Assembly: GCF_009914755.1 (NCBI RefSeq)
Contig: NC_060927.1
DNA: 64,000 nt
DNA from: the human T2T-CHM13v2.0 reference genome, Homo sapiens
Direction: 5' to 3' (one strand)
In this document: positions 45,291 through 58,909 of the stretch, piece after piece
Layout: each line of letters opens with the position of its first letter
How positions within the stretch are numbered: position 1 is the first letter of the stretch
Position numbers and translations under genes: made by a program
The notes under the pieces: model-generated
What the model was told of the DNA's origin: nothing
What the model saw: only the letters and a program-made list of their open reading frames with translations
Database searches by the model: none

Positions 45291-48200
45291 ATTGATATTT
45301 GTTCTATATGACCTTCTTCTTTTTGATAGCTACATAGTTCATTGTACCAATGTACATTGTACCAATTTGTCTAAAATGTCCCTTTAAGCATCATCGCTAT
45401 TGATAGATTTTGCTACTATAAACAATGTTTCAGAGAATATACTTTTAGAAACATCTTTGCCTTCTTACAGCACTCTAGCTGTAGAATTAATATCTGTGTC
45501 TGAAAGTAGAAATGTTGACAGCATGTTAATATCCATCAAAATTTTAGATACACGTAGCCAAATTGGCCTTCAAAAAAGGCTGCACTATGTTATACATCCA
45601 CTAACACTGTATAAAAGAGCTTGCTTCCCCATACTCTTGCCAAAACAAGATATTAACCATCTTTAATACTGCCAATCTTATGGATAAACAATAGTATTAC
45701 GTTGTTGTTTTGATATGCGTTTATCTAATTAAATTGAGCACAATGGAGCCAATTGAGCAACTTTTTCTATTTTCACTAATTGTTTGGATGTGTATTTCTG
45801 AAAATGGGGAATTATAAAGATATTATTCTTGTTCTTAGTTCATCCTATGTTGTGTCTCCAATTTGGTAGCATATATTAATGAATTTCTCAAAGGGTGACA
45901 TACTTACTACAAATGGCACTTGAAACATATTTAGGTAGTACATGGAATATTTTTATTTTGTAGCCATTATTAATATTTATGTGGACTTGGAAAAAAGCCA
46001 CTTTTCCATTTGTAATATAATTTAAAGATTCAATTTAAAAAACATTTCAGTTTGAAACTAATTTGGCTTTAAAATACATTAAATAAAATAAGTAGAAATG
46101 CTTTTCCGTTTGTATGTGAGTATCTGAATTTCGGTACATGCTGGGTTAATCAATGTATTATTCTCACCATTAAATATACTCTAAGCAGGAGGAAAGATAG
46201 TTTATTAAGTTTCATTGCTTATGCAAAGCATAGCCATAATAGTATCAGAGTTAGCAAGTATAAATAGAATAGTATAGTATCAGAGTTAGCAAGTATAAAT
46301 TGATATATGTTAACATTCAATGTATAGGCTTTATCCACAACCAAAAAATAAGTAAAAATATTTGTTTATTTAAAACATCTTAGAAGTCATATCATTCCAC
46401 TCATAAGAACTTCATTATAGTTATATAATAAAGACTTTATCAACATAGCCACAATACAGTATCACATTCAACAAGATTAACAATTAACAATTCCTTAATA
46501 TGAATTTTCTCAATGTTTATTTTGTTGCAGTAGTCTGTAAGATCTCCATTTCAATTGGATCCAAAATTCAACAATGAAAATGGTTCACACTTTGGGGTTG
46601 ATGTCATGCCTAAGTACTGTAATTTTAATTTCTGTAGCTTTTATTTGCATCAGGGCTTGGGAGATTTTTGAAAGATGTGAAATACTATAAGATTTCTTTT
46701 GCAGAAATTAGACTGCCTTCACAAAACCAGCAGGTTAAATATTTGTTGACGATAATTGGGGGAAAAAAACAAAATTGGAGTTGAAAAGAAAAATAGAAGC
46801 AAAAATCAAGTAAAGGGGATGCTTTGTAAGGAAGACTTTATATTTAATAAAGTACAGATGAAGTGAGACTAAGCAAAGTAACCTTGATCCCTTTCATTGT
46901 CATCCTAAGTCAGCTAGAAAAAATAGATAGAAAATAGTTATTAAAATCATCAAATTTTTCTGCTGTTTTCTAAATTAGGTTATTGTGTGCAAAGTTAAGC
47001 CCATGTAACTAAGCGAATTGGGAAAAGGGATTGAGGAATCCTTTAGTTTCAAATGGTAGTTTTCCTTTTTCTAAATTAAAATAAATATTTTACTGTGTGT
47101 TTTTTAAAAAGCTATTGAATGGGAAGTATTGATTAGAGGAGGGTGTTAGAGAGGATCTCTGTAGGAGAAAGGGAAATCTTCAAATTCTGTAAATAGGAAC
47201 CATGTAAGTTAATTTAGTTAATATAGCAGAAACTGAAGCAGTCAATAAACCTTGCTAAAAGGAGAAAAAATAAAGATGGAAGAAATTTTGCATTATGGGA
47301 GATACTTAACATTCCAGCAATGCTTTGCCACTCTTAAGAGACTGGCATTACATCTCTTACTTCAACTGTCTTCACATAGCATTAATGTAGTTTTTGACCA
47401 TGTCACAGGTGGCAAAGTACTCCACAGAATATTAGATAAGCATGCAATTGTCCACTGATTATTTCTAATAAATATCTAGGCTTTTTAAAAATTATTTTGC
47501 ACCTTTCAAAACAAGATAATAGCTCTAGTCCTTCTAAATGTAGAAGACAATTAGTAGTACCCAAGACTCTTCTAACATTATAAGTTTACCTGGATTTAGG
47601 TATATAAAAGAGAGAATAATCTAAGTTGATATGACTTCATTTTGTATGGCCAGTTTTCCTACCTTATGGACAAAAGTTGGCTTTTTTTTAAATATAAAGA
47701 GAGACATTATTACATTAATTATTAGAAAAAGTGAACTCATATTACTTTTTCTCATTATGTCCCAAAACAGATTTTCCAAAAAGGAAACCCTCCCAAACAA
47801 ACATAATAGTAAAATTAAGCAACCTGCATTCATCAACAGTGTCAGTAATTCTGAGCAATGCCATTTTTATCTTAATAATATAAAAATCTAGCATTTTGAT
47901 TGATACAGATTATTTTTTCATGAGTTAGATCGCAAGCATAAATTGGCATAATTTCAGAGAATAAATATTTTCCAAATGCACAAATACAAATTTCATTTTG
48001 TTTATTATTAACCTATTCCATTTTGTAAAGCAGGCATTACTTTTATTTCATTTTCAGAGAACTATAGCTAGTTCTGTGAAAAACAAAAATGGTACTTTTT
48101 ATCGCATCTAATATTAAACATTCAAAAATGCCTGCATAGGATTATTTTGTACAAAATCACAAAGCAAAATGAATTTGAAAGTAAAAGATTCCCTTGGAAT

Positions 48201-48872
48201 GTATAGTCTATTTCTTTTCTTCTTTTTTTTTTTTTTTAGATCACTCTCAACAGAGTGGTTTTATAGCCAACACATTTTCATTATTTCATTTTCTCTTACA
48301 CAATTTTGAAGAATTTCACATTTTGCCTTAAATATAATATTCTGGGAGAGTTTCATTTTATTGTCCACATGAATGCTATTTTAACTCTATCCCAGCTCTA
48401 TTTCATTTTTGTGAAAGATATTGAATTTTAAAGTTGTCTCTTATAAAGTTGTGGTGCTAATGTAAATGAAACAAATTTGGAACTACAAAACTGAAAATTA
48501 AAAAGGAACTTGCAGTCAGGTAAAAATGATATAGGTTAGATCTATAAGGCCAGTGTTGTAGATATTGCGTACCACGTGGGCATTATATGCACAAATTAGC
48601 CTACCTTTGTAGACACCTCAAACTCATAGGCCTCATCCTCAGAAAGATGGTTTCTATTTCAAATTTTCTACATTCTGATGCCAGGCATCTCACCTGATGC
48701 TCAGCTTTCTTGTGAAAGAAACTAGATACCTTTTTGCAAATGTGAACCTCATTATTATTTCATTCTGCTAGGGTCTGTCAAAAATTTGATATCAGTAGTA
48801 ACTCAGCTTCATAGTTTCTTCTAGCCATTAAATCCAAGCTAGCTAATGGGCTGGAATCATAGATTGGCTTTC

Positions 48873-48886
48873 ATGCCCTCTGGTGG
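48873..48886 (-). promoter_or_regulatory. CTCF-like motif CCACCAGAGGGCAT
   Basis: 13/14 match to CCASYAGRKGGCRS, in the CLDN16-TMEM207 intergenic region. Confidence 0.5.
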
Positions 48887-48961
48887 ATGCTCAAAGAAAT
48901 TGCTACAATCATTAGTAAAAAGAAAAAAAAACAACCCTCATTTTAAAAAACAAACATTCTC

Positions 48962-49229
48962 AGCCTGGCGCGGTGGCTCTGCCTGTAATACCAGGGAGGC
49001 CGATGTGGGCGGATGACCTGAGGTCAGGAGTTCGAGACCAACCTGGCCAACATGGCGAAACCCCATCTCTACTAAAAATACCAAAAAAAAAAAGTTAGCC
49101 AGACGTTGTGGCGGGTGCAGAGTCTGAGGGAGGCGAATTGCTTCAACCTACCTGGAAGGTGGAGGTTGCAGTGCACTGCAGCCTGGGCGACAGAGTGAGA
49201 CTCTGTCTCCGAAAATAAATAAATAAATA
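48962..49229 (+). mobile_element. AluS with several internal deletions
   Basis: Recognisable dimer lacking three internal blocks. Confidence 0.85.
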
Positions 49230-49786
49230 ACATTCTTTAACATGGGAAGAAAAAAAATTCAATCCTATTACAAACACAGAAATAAACCCATCAACCAACC
49301 AACACCAAACAGGTATTTTGTTTGAAGTGTACTGACTCATAAACGCAATTAACTTTAAAATAAATTCCAATTACTTCAACTCCGACTTTCACTACTGTCT
49401 TAGGCAAATTAGCTGATAAATCATTAGCTCTGTTTCTAGATGTGCTTACGCTTTTCTATGGGTTAATTATAACCACTGCCTGCTCTGTAAATGGAATGGG
49501 GTGTAACATACGTAGCTCATAGGATACAAACAAAAACTTTTTCTTAGAGTCACTCATTTGAGATCAATATAGTTATATTGATCATTCTCTGATGTTTACT
49601 TATTATAGTCACTTTTAAAGTTAGAAGATCATAGTGGAAAAATGCCTGAAATAGGAACTGAAAGATGTCAATACCTAGTCTCTAGTTTTGTTTCTTACAC
49701 TAATTAGCTATACAACTTGGGCAAGTCAAATCGTCTTCCAGGGTCCACACTTTCTCATCTATTAAATGAAAGCAGACACACATGCA

Positions 49787-49834
49787 TAGATAGGTAGATA
49801 GATAGATAGATGATAGATAGATAGATAGATAGAT
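49787..49834 (+). repeat. (GATA)n microsatellite
   Basis: Seen directly. Confidence 0.9.
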
Positions 49835-51949
49835 ACCTTTTTGTCTACTTTTTAAAACAGAATTTGTGAGCTTTTCAACTATAAAAGTATATATATACTT
49901 TTGAAGTCTAATTGAACATTAGAAAATCAAGAAACATAAAAAATAAAATCATCTGTAGCCCCATTACGTGAAGATATGTTTTACATTTTTTACTTCTTTA
50001 TAGTATGACTTCCTTTGTTGGCTTGGAATTACAAGCTATAACACTGCCAAATCATGTACTTGTTTAATTTTATATTTCTTTCTATTTAAGTAATAAATGA
50101 ACTTAATTTTAAAAGTCAAGTAGTACTATAAAATCGAAATAGAAATCAGTACTTTTCTGTCATACCTAAGCCACACATTATCTCCGAGTCCAATTTCTTG
50201 AGACAACAATTTTCAACTCTTTAAGTATTTTGTTACAAATATTTATTATCCAATTCTAAAATGATGTGTTTTGGCACCATTTGGTTTTAATTTATTAATA
50301 CTTTATTTATTTAATAAATTAATAAATAATAAATTATTAATAAATAATAATAATTAAATTTTCACAATCTGAGATTAGCATTTAGGTTTCTTACTGTATC
50401 CTGCCACCTTCCTTCACAAACCTTTTCCCTTTGCCTATATTGTTAATATAAATAATACATATTTAAAATATTAATTTAAACATTTTAATCAATTTAAGTA
50501 TTAATTATTTACATTATTCATAGCTTAACCATTTATAACAGTACTAATTATTTTTAATTTTCATAGCTTAACCATTTTATAGTTAATCCAATTTTTGTTT
50601 TTCATGGATTTAATAAATGCCTTGTTTTTTTCACTTCCCCTGTTTTCCACTTACTACTAATTTAACATTAAAGCTACATATATATTTTTCTTTAATCATT
50701 CCTCCTATTTCCTGTAGCTCATTGCTGTTATGTTCTGATTGGAACTGGCTCTTCTTCGGGCTGCTGCAATGCTGTCTTCCTATAGATTAGCTTCACTATC
50801 ATTTTCAGAATTCTCTTCACTTCTTTTGCCTCTAATTCTAGGACATTTCTGGATTGCCGTAGCAAATATTAGCTTAATCATTCTATTTCTTCCCTGACGC
50901 TTAGCAAAGCAGAGAAACTCAAAATCTCAGTGAATCATGACAACCATCTGTGTCCATCTCATTCATCTTTCCAAGTACTAAAATCTTCTGATTAACTTTC
51001 TTCTTACTGTCATCTTCTTACTTCTGTCTCTGTGAATTAAAAACAGTTTAATTTCTTTCCTATAATCTTAGTAGGTTTCTGAAGAGAGTAGATGTCTTCA
51101 TTCTACCATGTTCAACTTGAAGTTAGGAATAGCCGGTTCACAAAATTGTCATTAGAATAAAATCTGATAGCGTATATGAAAGCAGTTTGTTCACTATAAA
51201 GCCCTACACACACACCAGGGATTATTGCAGTACATAAACACATGCTTCTTCAGATCTTTTTCATCAGCGGATACAAGTGAGATTATGTTAACAGCACTAA
51301 GTCAGCTGTCTCTGGCTTTTACTCACCCTCACTTTCGTAAGGTCTTACCCCCATTAAACCCTCATCCAGTTTTTTGGGAATTTCCAGAACTAGGAAACAT
51401 TACTTTATAACTTAGTTTTAGTATCAGGCAATGATTTCCTTCACTTGTGGATTTATATTCTAGCCCTGGAAGAAACATACCAGACTACCAGTAGAATTCA
51501 GCTGTATAGCATAGTAGAAGATGATAAGTGCTACGGAAAAGTGAAAAGTGTTTCTAGTATAAGGAGGTTGAGAGTGTCAGGGTTGGGAGAGGCTGCGATT
51601 TAAAGTAGAATAGAAAGGTTGGGCCTAATTGAGAAGGTGACTTTCCAACAAAGAATTCAAGTAGGTGAGTTGGTGAAGCAATGCTGATATCTGGGGGAAG
51701 AATGTTGTGGACAAAAATAACTGCAAAATGGGTGTAGGCTAGTACCTGACAGGTTTGAGGACAATGTTTCTGGAACAAATGAATAAAAGGGAAAGTCACA
51801 AGAATGGAGATGGGGAAGGAGTACAGATCATATAGAGCCATGTGTCAAGGAATTTGACATTTTCCTTGACTGAGGTGGAGTGCCTCAGTTAGAGTTTAGT
51901 TAAAGTAAATGATGCTCCTTACATTGTAAAAAGATTACTCCACATATCA

Positions 51950-52838
51950 AAAGTTTCTTTACATCACATGTCATTAGGGAATTGCAAATTAAAACAACAA
52001 TGGAATACCACAGCACACTTATTAGAATGGCCAAAATTCAGAATACTGACAACACCAAATGCTGGTGAGGATGTGGAGCAATGGGAACTCTCGTTCATTG
52101 CTGCTAGAACTCCAAAATGGTACAGACACTTTGAAAGATGGGTTAGTGGTTTTGTTGCAAAACTAAACATACAACCCAACAAACATAAGTTACAAACTTA
52201 TGTCTCCACAAAATCTTGCATATGGATATTGACAGTAGCTTTATGCGTAATTGCCAAAACTTGGAAGCATCCAAGATATCCTTCAGCAGGTGAAGGCATA
52301 CATAAACTCTGGTAAACCAGACAATGGATTTTATTTAGCCCTGAAAAGAAATGAACTATCAAGCCATGAAAAGACATAGAGGAAACTTACGTGCTAACCT
52401 GAAAAGGCTACATACTGTATGATTCCAACTATAGGGCATTCTAAAAATGCAAAGCTGTGGAGAAAATAAAAAGATCAATGGTTGTTTGGATTTAGAAGGG
52501 AGGGAAGAATGGATAGATAGGCAGAGCACAGAGGACTTTCAGGGGCGTTGAAATTACTTTGTGTGACACTATAATGGTAGGTACATGTCATTCTAAATTT
52601 GTCAGACCTACAGAATGTACAACACCAAGAGTAAATCATAATATAAACTATGGACTTTGGATGATCATGATGTCAGTATAGGCACATCAATTGTAAGAAG
52701 TGTATCACTCTGGTGAGAAATGTTGGTAATGGGGGAGGTTATGTAAGTGTCAAAGCAGGGTGTATACAATAAATCTCTCTACCTTCTGCTCAATATTCCT
52801 GTGGACCTAAAACTGCTCTAAAACTAGTTTATTAAAAA
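51950..52838 (+). mobile_element. L1MB/L1MC-type 3' fragment
   Basis: gtcattagggaattgcaaattaaaacaacaatg...gctggtgaggatgtggagcaatgggaactctc...acctaaaactgctctaaaa. Confidence 0.8.
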
Positions 52839-52969
52839 GGATTACCCTAGCTTCTATGGCTCCAAGTATTTTTTGGCCTGAGCAACAGTTGCAGTTAACT
52901 GAGATGGGGAAGGTTTGGATAAAACAGATTTGGAAAAAGAAGATTAGGAAATAAGTTTGGTCAAACTAA

Positions 52970-53910
52970 ATTTTAGATATCTATTGATGTTTATTGTTTT
53001 GTTCAACAAATTTGTCAGCTGAAGATCATATGTCATCTGTGATGGATGTTTTTGTCTGTCCCCCTGCTGATGGCCACTGCCAAAATGCCACTTGAAGATG
53101 TCTCATTGCTACTTCTGCAGTCCTCATGGGAACAGATACCTATGCCGAAGGTTCTTAGCATGATGCTGCAATAAATGCCAAGCCCTGAGGCTCCAGAGAA
53201 ACACTATGGACTATGGAGGCCACATTCATTACTGTAAAAGGGGAACTTTTCTTTTCTCCCCGTGTTGGCATTATATGTGCTCTATATCTTCAGCAATCTC
53301 CTTCACCTTCTATCTACAATTTCTTCCTCTTCAGGTTGGGGCATAAAACCTCTTGTTTTTGCTGAGACTTGTAATCTTTTCCTTTTCCTCTTCATTTATC
53401 CTTTACCCTTCAACTCCAAACTTTTCTTTTTCCTACTCTCTCCCCTCACCTTCATTCAAATACTATCTTTCTGGTTCTGGTTCTGGACATGTTGGATTCT
53501 CGGCTTGGGCTATTGTTAAATTATAATAATTTTTATGGACCCCATGCTAGGAAAGAGTTTAAAGCAGAAAATGGTGTGCTGTATACTGCAGTGGAGTCCT
53601 AAATGTGATGGAAACTACTTCCAGCACCTAATTGTTGCCTGTTTGGATACTAGTGGAGAAGCATTAATTTGGTTGTGTAGCATAAAAGTATGATACAGCA
53701 GTGACACATCAAAAGCCTGCTACTTTACTATTTAAACATCTCCATGACCAAAATTTTTTCCAACATCCATTCTTTTGTCGAATTGTCCTTCCTCAGACTA
53801 TATGAATAGATCTCTGGACATTTCCAACAACTGAAATAACTATTCCTAAATTTGATGTTTTGGAATTACAGATGTCGTTAATACTTTAAATTGATAATCC
53901 ACACCTAAAA
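52970..53910 (-). other. TMEM207: TMEM207 3'UTR (end approximate)
   Basis: Downstream of the stop on the minus strand. AATAAA on the minus strand at 52995-52990 (tttatt on +). Confidence 0.6.
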
Positions 53911-54047
53911 TCAGGTTGTTTTTACAATTTCTTCATATGGAGGTGGGGAGCCTAAAGGGCCAAAACATGGAGCAGGAACAGGATATAGGTCAGGGGTTTG
54001 AGTTTGAAGGTGAATTCCAACAGTTGGACTCACAGCTGCTTCTGTCC
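53911..54047 (-). CDS. TMEM207: Transmembrane protein 207, last coding exon (GTEAAVSPTVGIHLQTQTPDLYPVPAPCFGPLGSPPPYEEIVKTT*)
   Basis: Minus-strand acceptor tttctctttccag|GG at 54048/54047 and TGA at 53913-53911. Contains a PPPY (PPxY) motif. Peptide recognised as the TMEM207 C-terminus. Confidence 0.93.
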
Positions 54048-54974
54048 CTGGAAAGAGAAAGATGAAGACTTGTAATCTTTCTAGTGAGCATAAAACATAA
54101 GTACATGAACTGCCCGATAAAATCTGGCATTGCTTGGATCGCTGAAGCAACAGAAAATTATTTGTATCTATGAGAAAAAAATTACAACTATCTTGCTCTT
54201 TGCAGTGAAGGTTTAGTCACCACAGGGGGGAAAAAAAAAATTGCTTGCCTGAACTGATGAAATCATCATTGTCTAACCCATCAAGAAGCATTTACAATTT
54301 AGGAGCTGAAACTAGAAGGAATATCTTCTTTTGTAGATCACAGAACAGGATTCCTCAACACTAATGGCATTTCAGCTAATGCTGCCAACATGGGAAATGT
54401 AAATTGCATTAGAAAAATTAAAATATCACTTTCTAAATTGTATTATTTTACATGTATGGTTGCAAACTTCAACTAATATAAATAATTATTTCTCTTTAGT
54501 AAACAGTAAAAATGTTAAGCTCGGTGATGAAAGCACGCATTTAAAGTATACACACACAATAAAGAGAATATATTCTAAAATTTAAAAAAAAACTTGGAAA
54601 TCAAAGTTCTTGACTTCTAGATTAGGCATAATATAGGCCATTAACTATTACAAACTGGCCTTTTCTTCCACTAACTGGTAACCTTGAAAGACTATGCACT
54701 TACTCTAATGGCTCTTTTGGAAATTGTCTGTTAGTATTTCCTTGAAAGACTGTGTTTGGGTAACACAAAAAAATAATAGTGCTATTTTATAACCATCTTT
54801 ATATTAATATATGACTATATATATAAAGATGGTTTTATATATATATATATGTATAAATGCTTATATGTAAAGAATATGTATTCACCTGGATCTTTACTTA
54901 CCTTTGAATGATTTTGACTGCTTTCTGCCAAAACAATAGCAACCATCAAAAATTCATCTTTAAAAAGAAACTAG

Positions 54975-55171
54975 TCCCGTGAACTAAATCGGGCCTCTGA
55001 TTTTGTGTATTGAATTTATGAAACACAATCTTATTTATACACTTACATATTGTCTATGGCTGCTGTTGCACTACCATGGCAGAGGTGAGTAGTCCCCACC
55101 TAGACCATATATTTTGCAAAGCCAAAAATATTTTATACCTGTCTTTAATGGAAAAAGTTTGCTGACCTTCC
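54975..55171. mobile_element. MER58A-like hAT MITE
   Basis: catattgtctatggctgct...ggcagaggtgagtagt...gaaaaagtttgctgacc. Confidence 0.7.
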
Positions 55172-56624
55172 TTAAAGGAGTAAGATTTGATGCCATTAGG
55201 AATATTCCAAAGAATATGCCACAATGATCAAAAGAATTCAAAGACTAGTTGCATATTAGGCATTAGTTGCTTCACTAGGATCCATACGGAGATTACTCAA
55301 AATGATTACTTTGAAGCAGATAATGTTAATTTAGAATAATGGATTTTCATACAGTTGTGTTTGTCTTATTTCTTATCTCACTGGTACCAGAGCAAAGACT
55401 AATAAGTCAAGTATGTAAAGGGTGGAGCTGTGTTTAGTATATATGTCTCACCTTCTGGTTTAGCACTTTTCTTAGAGTTATCTATTTAATTAAATAGTCT
55501 ACTTTTGGGCTATTACATAATATTTCTTTACCTCAGTTTTCTCTTAGGCAATAAGGGTATAATACTCGTGTCTACCTCTATAAAAGCAAGGCTAAATGAG
55601 CATAAAGTACTTAAAACAAGGCCTGGCACAGGAATTATGCATCAAGGTTTACTATTATTATTACAATATGTCAAGAGCTGTACTAATGATAGGAACATGC
55701 ATGCATCTACTTTTATTTACAATATTATTTTTCAATCCATCCTCTTTTCATAGTTAAATAATGATTTAAACATTATTATTATTAATTATAATATAGAAGT
55801 TATTAAATGAAAAGTATCATGGAGTTAGAGCCCTTTGCAGTTTATAAGTTTGGGTTGATGTCAGATAAGTCTGCGGGACTTGATCAATCAGAGTTAAAAT
55901 TGGTAAAATACAGTTACCCTAGGAATTTCCTCCATTGTGAATACTTGTAATGAATGATGGCTATTTTCTTGGTGAACTGCCCCTAGTGTATTCAGTACAA
56001 AGTCAAAGGTAACTATCTTTCTGCCTAGAAATGGTCAACCAAACTGACTTGACACATCTATTATTTGTACTAGCTCCAATTTATTTGTACGATTGCCACT
56101 GTCTATATTGTGCTCCCAGTAATAGAGTCTTCACAGTTGCTTTCGTAGAAAACTCATTATCTTCTTCCTACAAATTTTGCTGTTGATCTTAAACTTGTTA
56201 TTAAAACCACAAGGCATTTGGTAAACATAATTAAGCCAATGTGTTCAGGAAGTTTTGAAAACCAAATATGTGTTATATCAGTTTTCAATTTTTTTCAAAG
56301 CATGTTTACATATAATATCAAGTGATTGGATGCTGGGGAGGACAGGCATTTTTATCTTTTGACAAATTAAGAAGCTGAGAGAACTGAATTAAAAATGCCA
56401 GCAAAAATCCTATAGTTTTTACAGAACTGCTCTCTAAGATATCAGAGTTTACTGTTTAATTTTGTAAAACCAATACACTTACTGCTTAGTTTTTATAGCC
56501 AGAGTTGAGATTTCCTATGTTTTTAAGAATCACTCAAATAGACTTCACCTCTTTCTACATGTTCTTTCTACCTGTTTCTTCTCTTTCCTTTACCTCATTC
56601 CTTTCTCTTCTATGGGAGTGGCCA

Positions 56625-56830
56625 GAAGGACTGAATTTGAGTCACAGTTCTGCCATCTACTTACTATGTTGCTTAATCTCTAAGTGCCTTTGTTCCCTCA
56701 TTGGTAGAGTGGTCAGAATGATAGTGAACCTTCATAGAGTGGTAAGGAAGAATAAATGAGATTAAGGATGTCAAGTGTTAGCACAGAGCATGGCTCCTGG
56801 GAAATGCTCAATGAATGAGTCATTACTATT
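56625..56830 (+). mobile_element. MIR
   Basis: gactgaatttgagtcacagttctgccatctacttactatg...aataaatgagatt...gcacagagcatggc. Confidence 0.65.
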
Positions 56831-58038
56831 ATCATGTCTTTCCATGAAAATCTGTGAATGAAATACTTCCTTTTTTATTACTGAAAATAAGTCACAGAAT
56901 ATTTACACTTAGAACATGAAACATAGGGAAATGGCATTTCTGAAAAATCATAAAATAAAAGAATCCTGGGAGACTGGAGGGAGAAGAGAGCAGAGCCTGT
57001 AAGACCCTGCTTCTTGTTCACCTCTCTGCAGCCCTCCTATTTCTCCCCAGCTCAGAGCACTCATACATAATCACTGCTGGAATGCCAGTATTTCTATTTT
57101 CCCAGAAATAAGAAAGAGGGAAGATTATCCCTGAAACTGCAGAAGAAATGGGATCAGAGAGATTGTATAGTTGAAGGGCAGCATTATCAAGCGATCAGCC
57201 CCAGGGAGAAGCTAAGCCAAGATGAGTGTCCCTAGGAGGGGTGTCACCTCGGGCTTCACCTTGCAATCAGCTCAGGAAAGGCAGGGAACCTCATTAGGAA
57301 GCCTTGTCAAGCCTGAGGGAACCCAGCTCCAATCCACACACTTCATGGCATAAAGGCAAAGGGACCCTTATTTAAATGTTATGTAATTGATTATGTTTTA
57401 TTAAAAACATGGACAAACAATTGTGGGGGTCCCTCTCCTATGCTCTCAAATTCTCTCTTTTCTAATGCCTAGTCAATTGTTTTTCTGCCTCAAGCTCTAT
57501 TTGTCCTTTTCTCACCTCCAAAACTCCATTTTCCATTAATTATCTTTAAATATCTTGCTTCCTCATTAAGATGGGCTTTTATTCAGCATCACAACTTTAT
57601 TTTTAATAAAACCTTATTGTCATCCTTATTTTTAGTAAATTAAAATAAAAACAACCTTTCATTTTTAATAAACTCCAAAATTCCTTTGACATTGCCTACT
57701 TTTAATATACAAATTTAAAAAATAAAACAAAACAATTAACCTAATCAACAAAACCAAAATCCTTATCTTTTTTTAAAAAAACTATTTTTAATATTTATTT
57801 TACCCTATCATAATTATAGTCCTTGGATTTATGAACTGCTGAGCGATGACCACAAACAGTAGAGATTTGGGATACAGATGGTCATGTGAAGATTTTGAGG
57901 ATTTTTCTCTTCTTTTTTCTCAACCTTTACTAAAAATTTGCATACATTCCTTTGAAAAAATCACTGTCTGTGGCTCAATGTGTGTTTTCACTTCCCATTT
58001 CCACATTTGAGAGGGGGGAGAAAACTGGTTTTGCAGAT

Positions 58039-58457
58039 TGATATGATTTGGATCTGTGTCCCCACCCAAAACCAGTGTTGAATTGTAATCCCCAGTGTTG
58101 AAGACGGGGCCCGGTGGGAGTTGACTGGATCATGGGAATGGCTTCTCATGAATGACTTAGCACCATAACCTTGGTGCTGTTCTCATGATAGTGAGTTCTC
58201 ACGAGATCTGATTGTTTAAAAGTGTGTAACACCACCCGCCTCCCACTCTCTTCCTCCTGGCCCAGCCATGTGAAGTGCTTGCTCCCTCTTTGCCTTCTGC
58301 CATGATTTAAGTTCCCTGAGGCCTCCCCAGAAGCCAAGCAGATGTCAGCATCATGCTTCCTGTACAGCCTGCAGAACCATGAGCCAATTTAAACTTTTTT
58401 TTCATAAATTACCCAGTCTGGTATTTATTTATAGTAATGTGAGAATGGACTAACACA
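58039..58457 (+). mobile_element. MSTA solo LTR
   Basis: tgatatgatttggatctgtgtccccaccc...gagaatggactaacaca. Confidence 0.88.
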
Positions 58458-58536
58458 GGAAGTCTTCTGTGTTTTCAGTTGTATTATCACTTAGGAGATA
58501 TTCTGAAGGCATTATTAAATTAGGTAAGATACTGAG

Positions 58537-58909
58537 TGATATGCTTTGACTGTGTCCCCACCCAAATCTCATCTTGACCTGTACTCCCATAATTCCCGTG
58601 TGTTGTGGGAGGGATCTGATGGAAGACAATTGAGTGGTGGGGTGGTTTCCTCCATATTGTTCTTGTGGTAGTGAATAGGTCTCATAAGATCTAATGGTTT
58701 TATCAGGGGTTTCCACTTTTGCATCTTCCTTACTCTCTCTTTGCCTGCTGCCATCCATCTAAGATGTGACTTGCTCCTCCTTGCTTTCTACCGTGATAGT
58801 GAGGCTTCCCCAGCCACATGGAACTGTAAGTCCAATTAAACCTATTTATTTTGTAAATCGCTCAGTTTCAGTTATGTCTTTATCAGCAGCTTGAAAATGG
58901 ACTAATACA
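58537..58909 (+). mobile_element. THE1A/B solo LTR
   Basis: tgatatgctttgactgtgtccccacccaaatctcatcttg...atggactaataca, with 5-bp TSD ctgag/ctaag. Confidence 0.88.

Noticed and set aside
51968-52315. 115-aa ORF
   Set aside because: Degenerate L1 ORF2 C-terminus.
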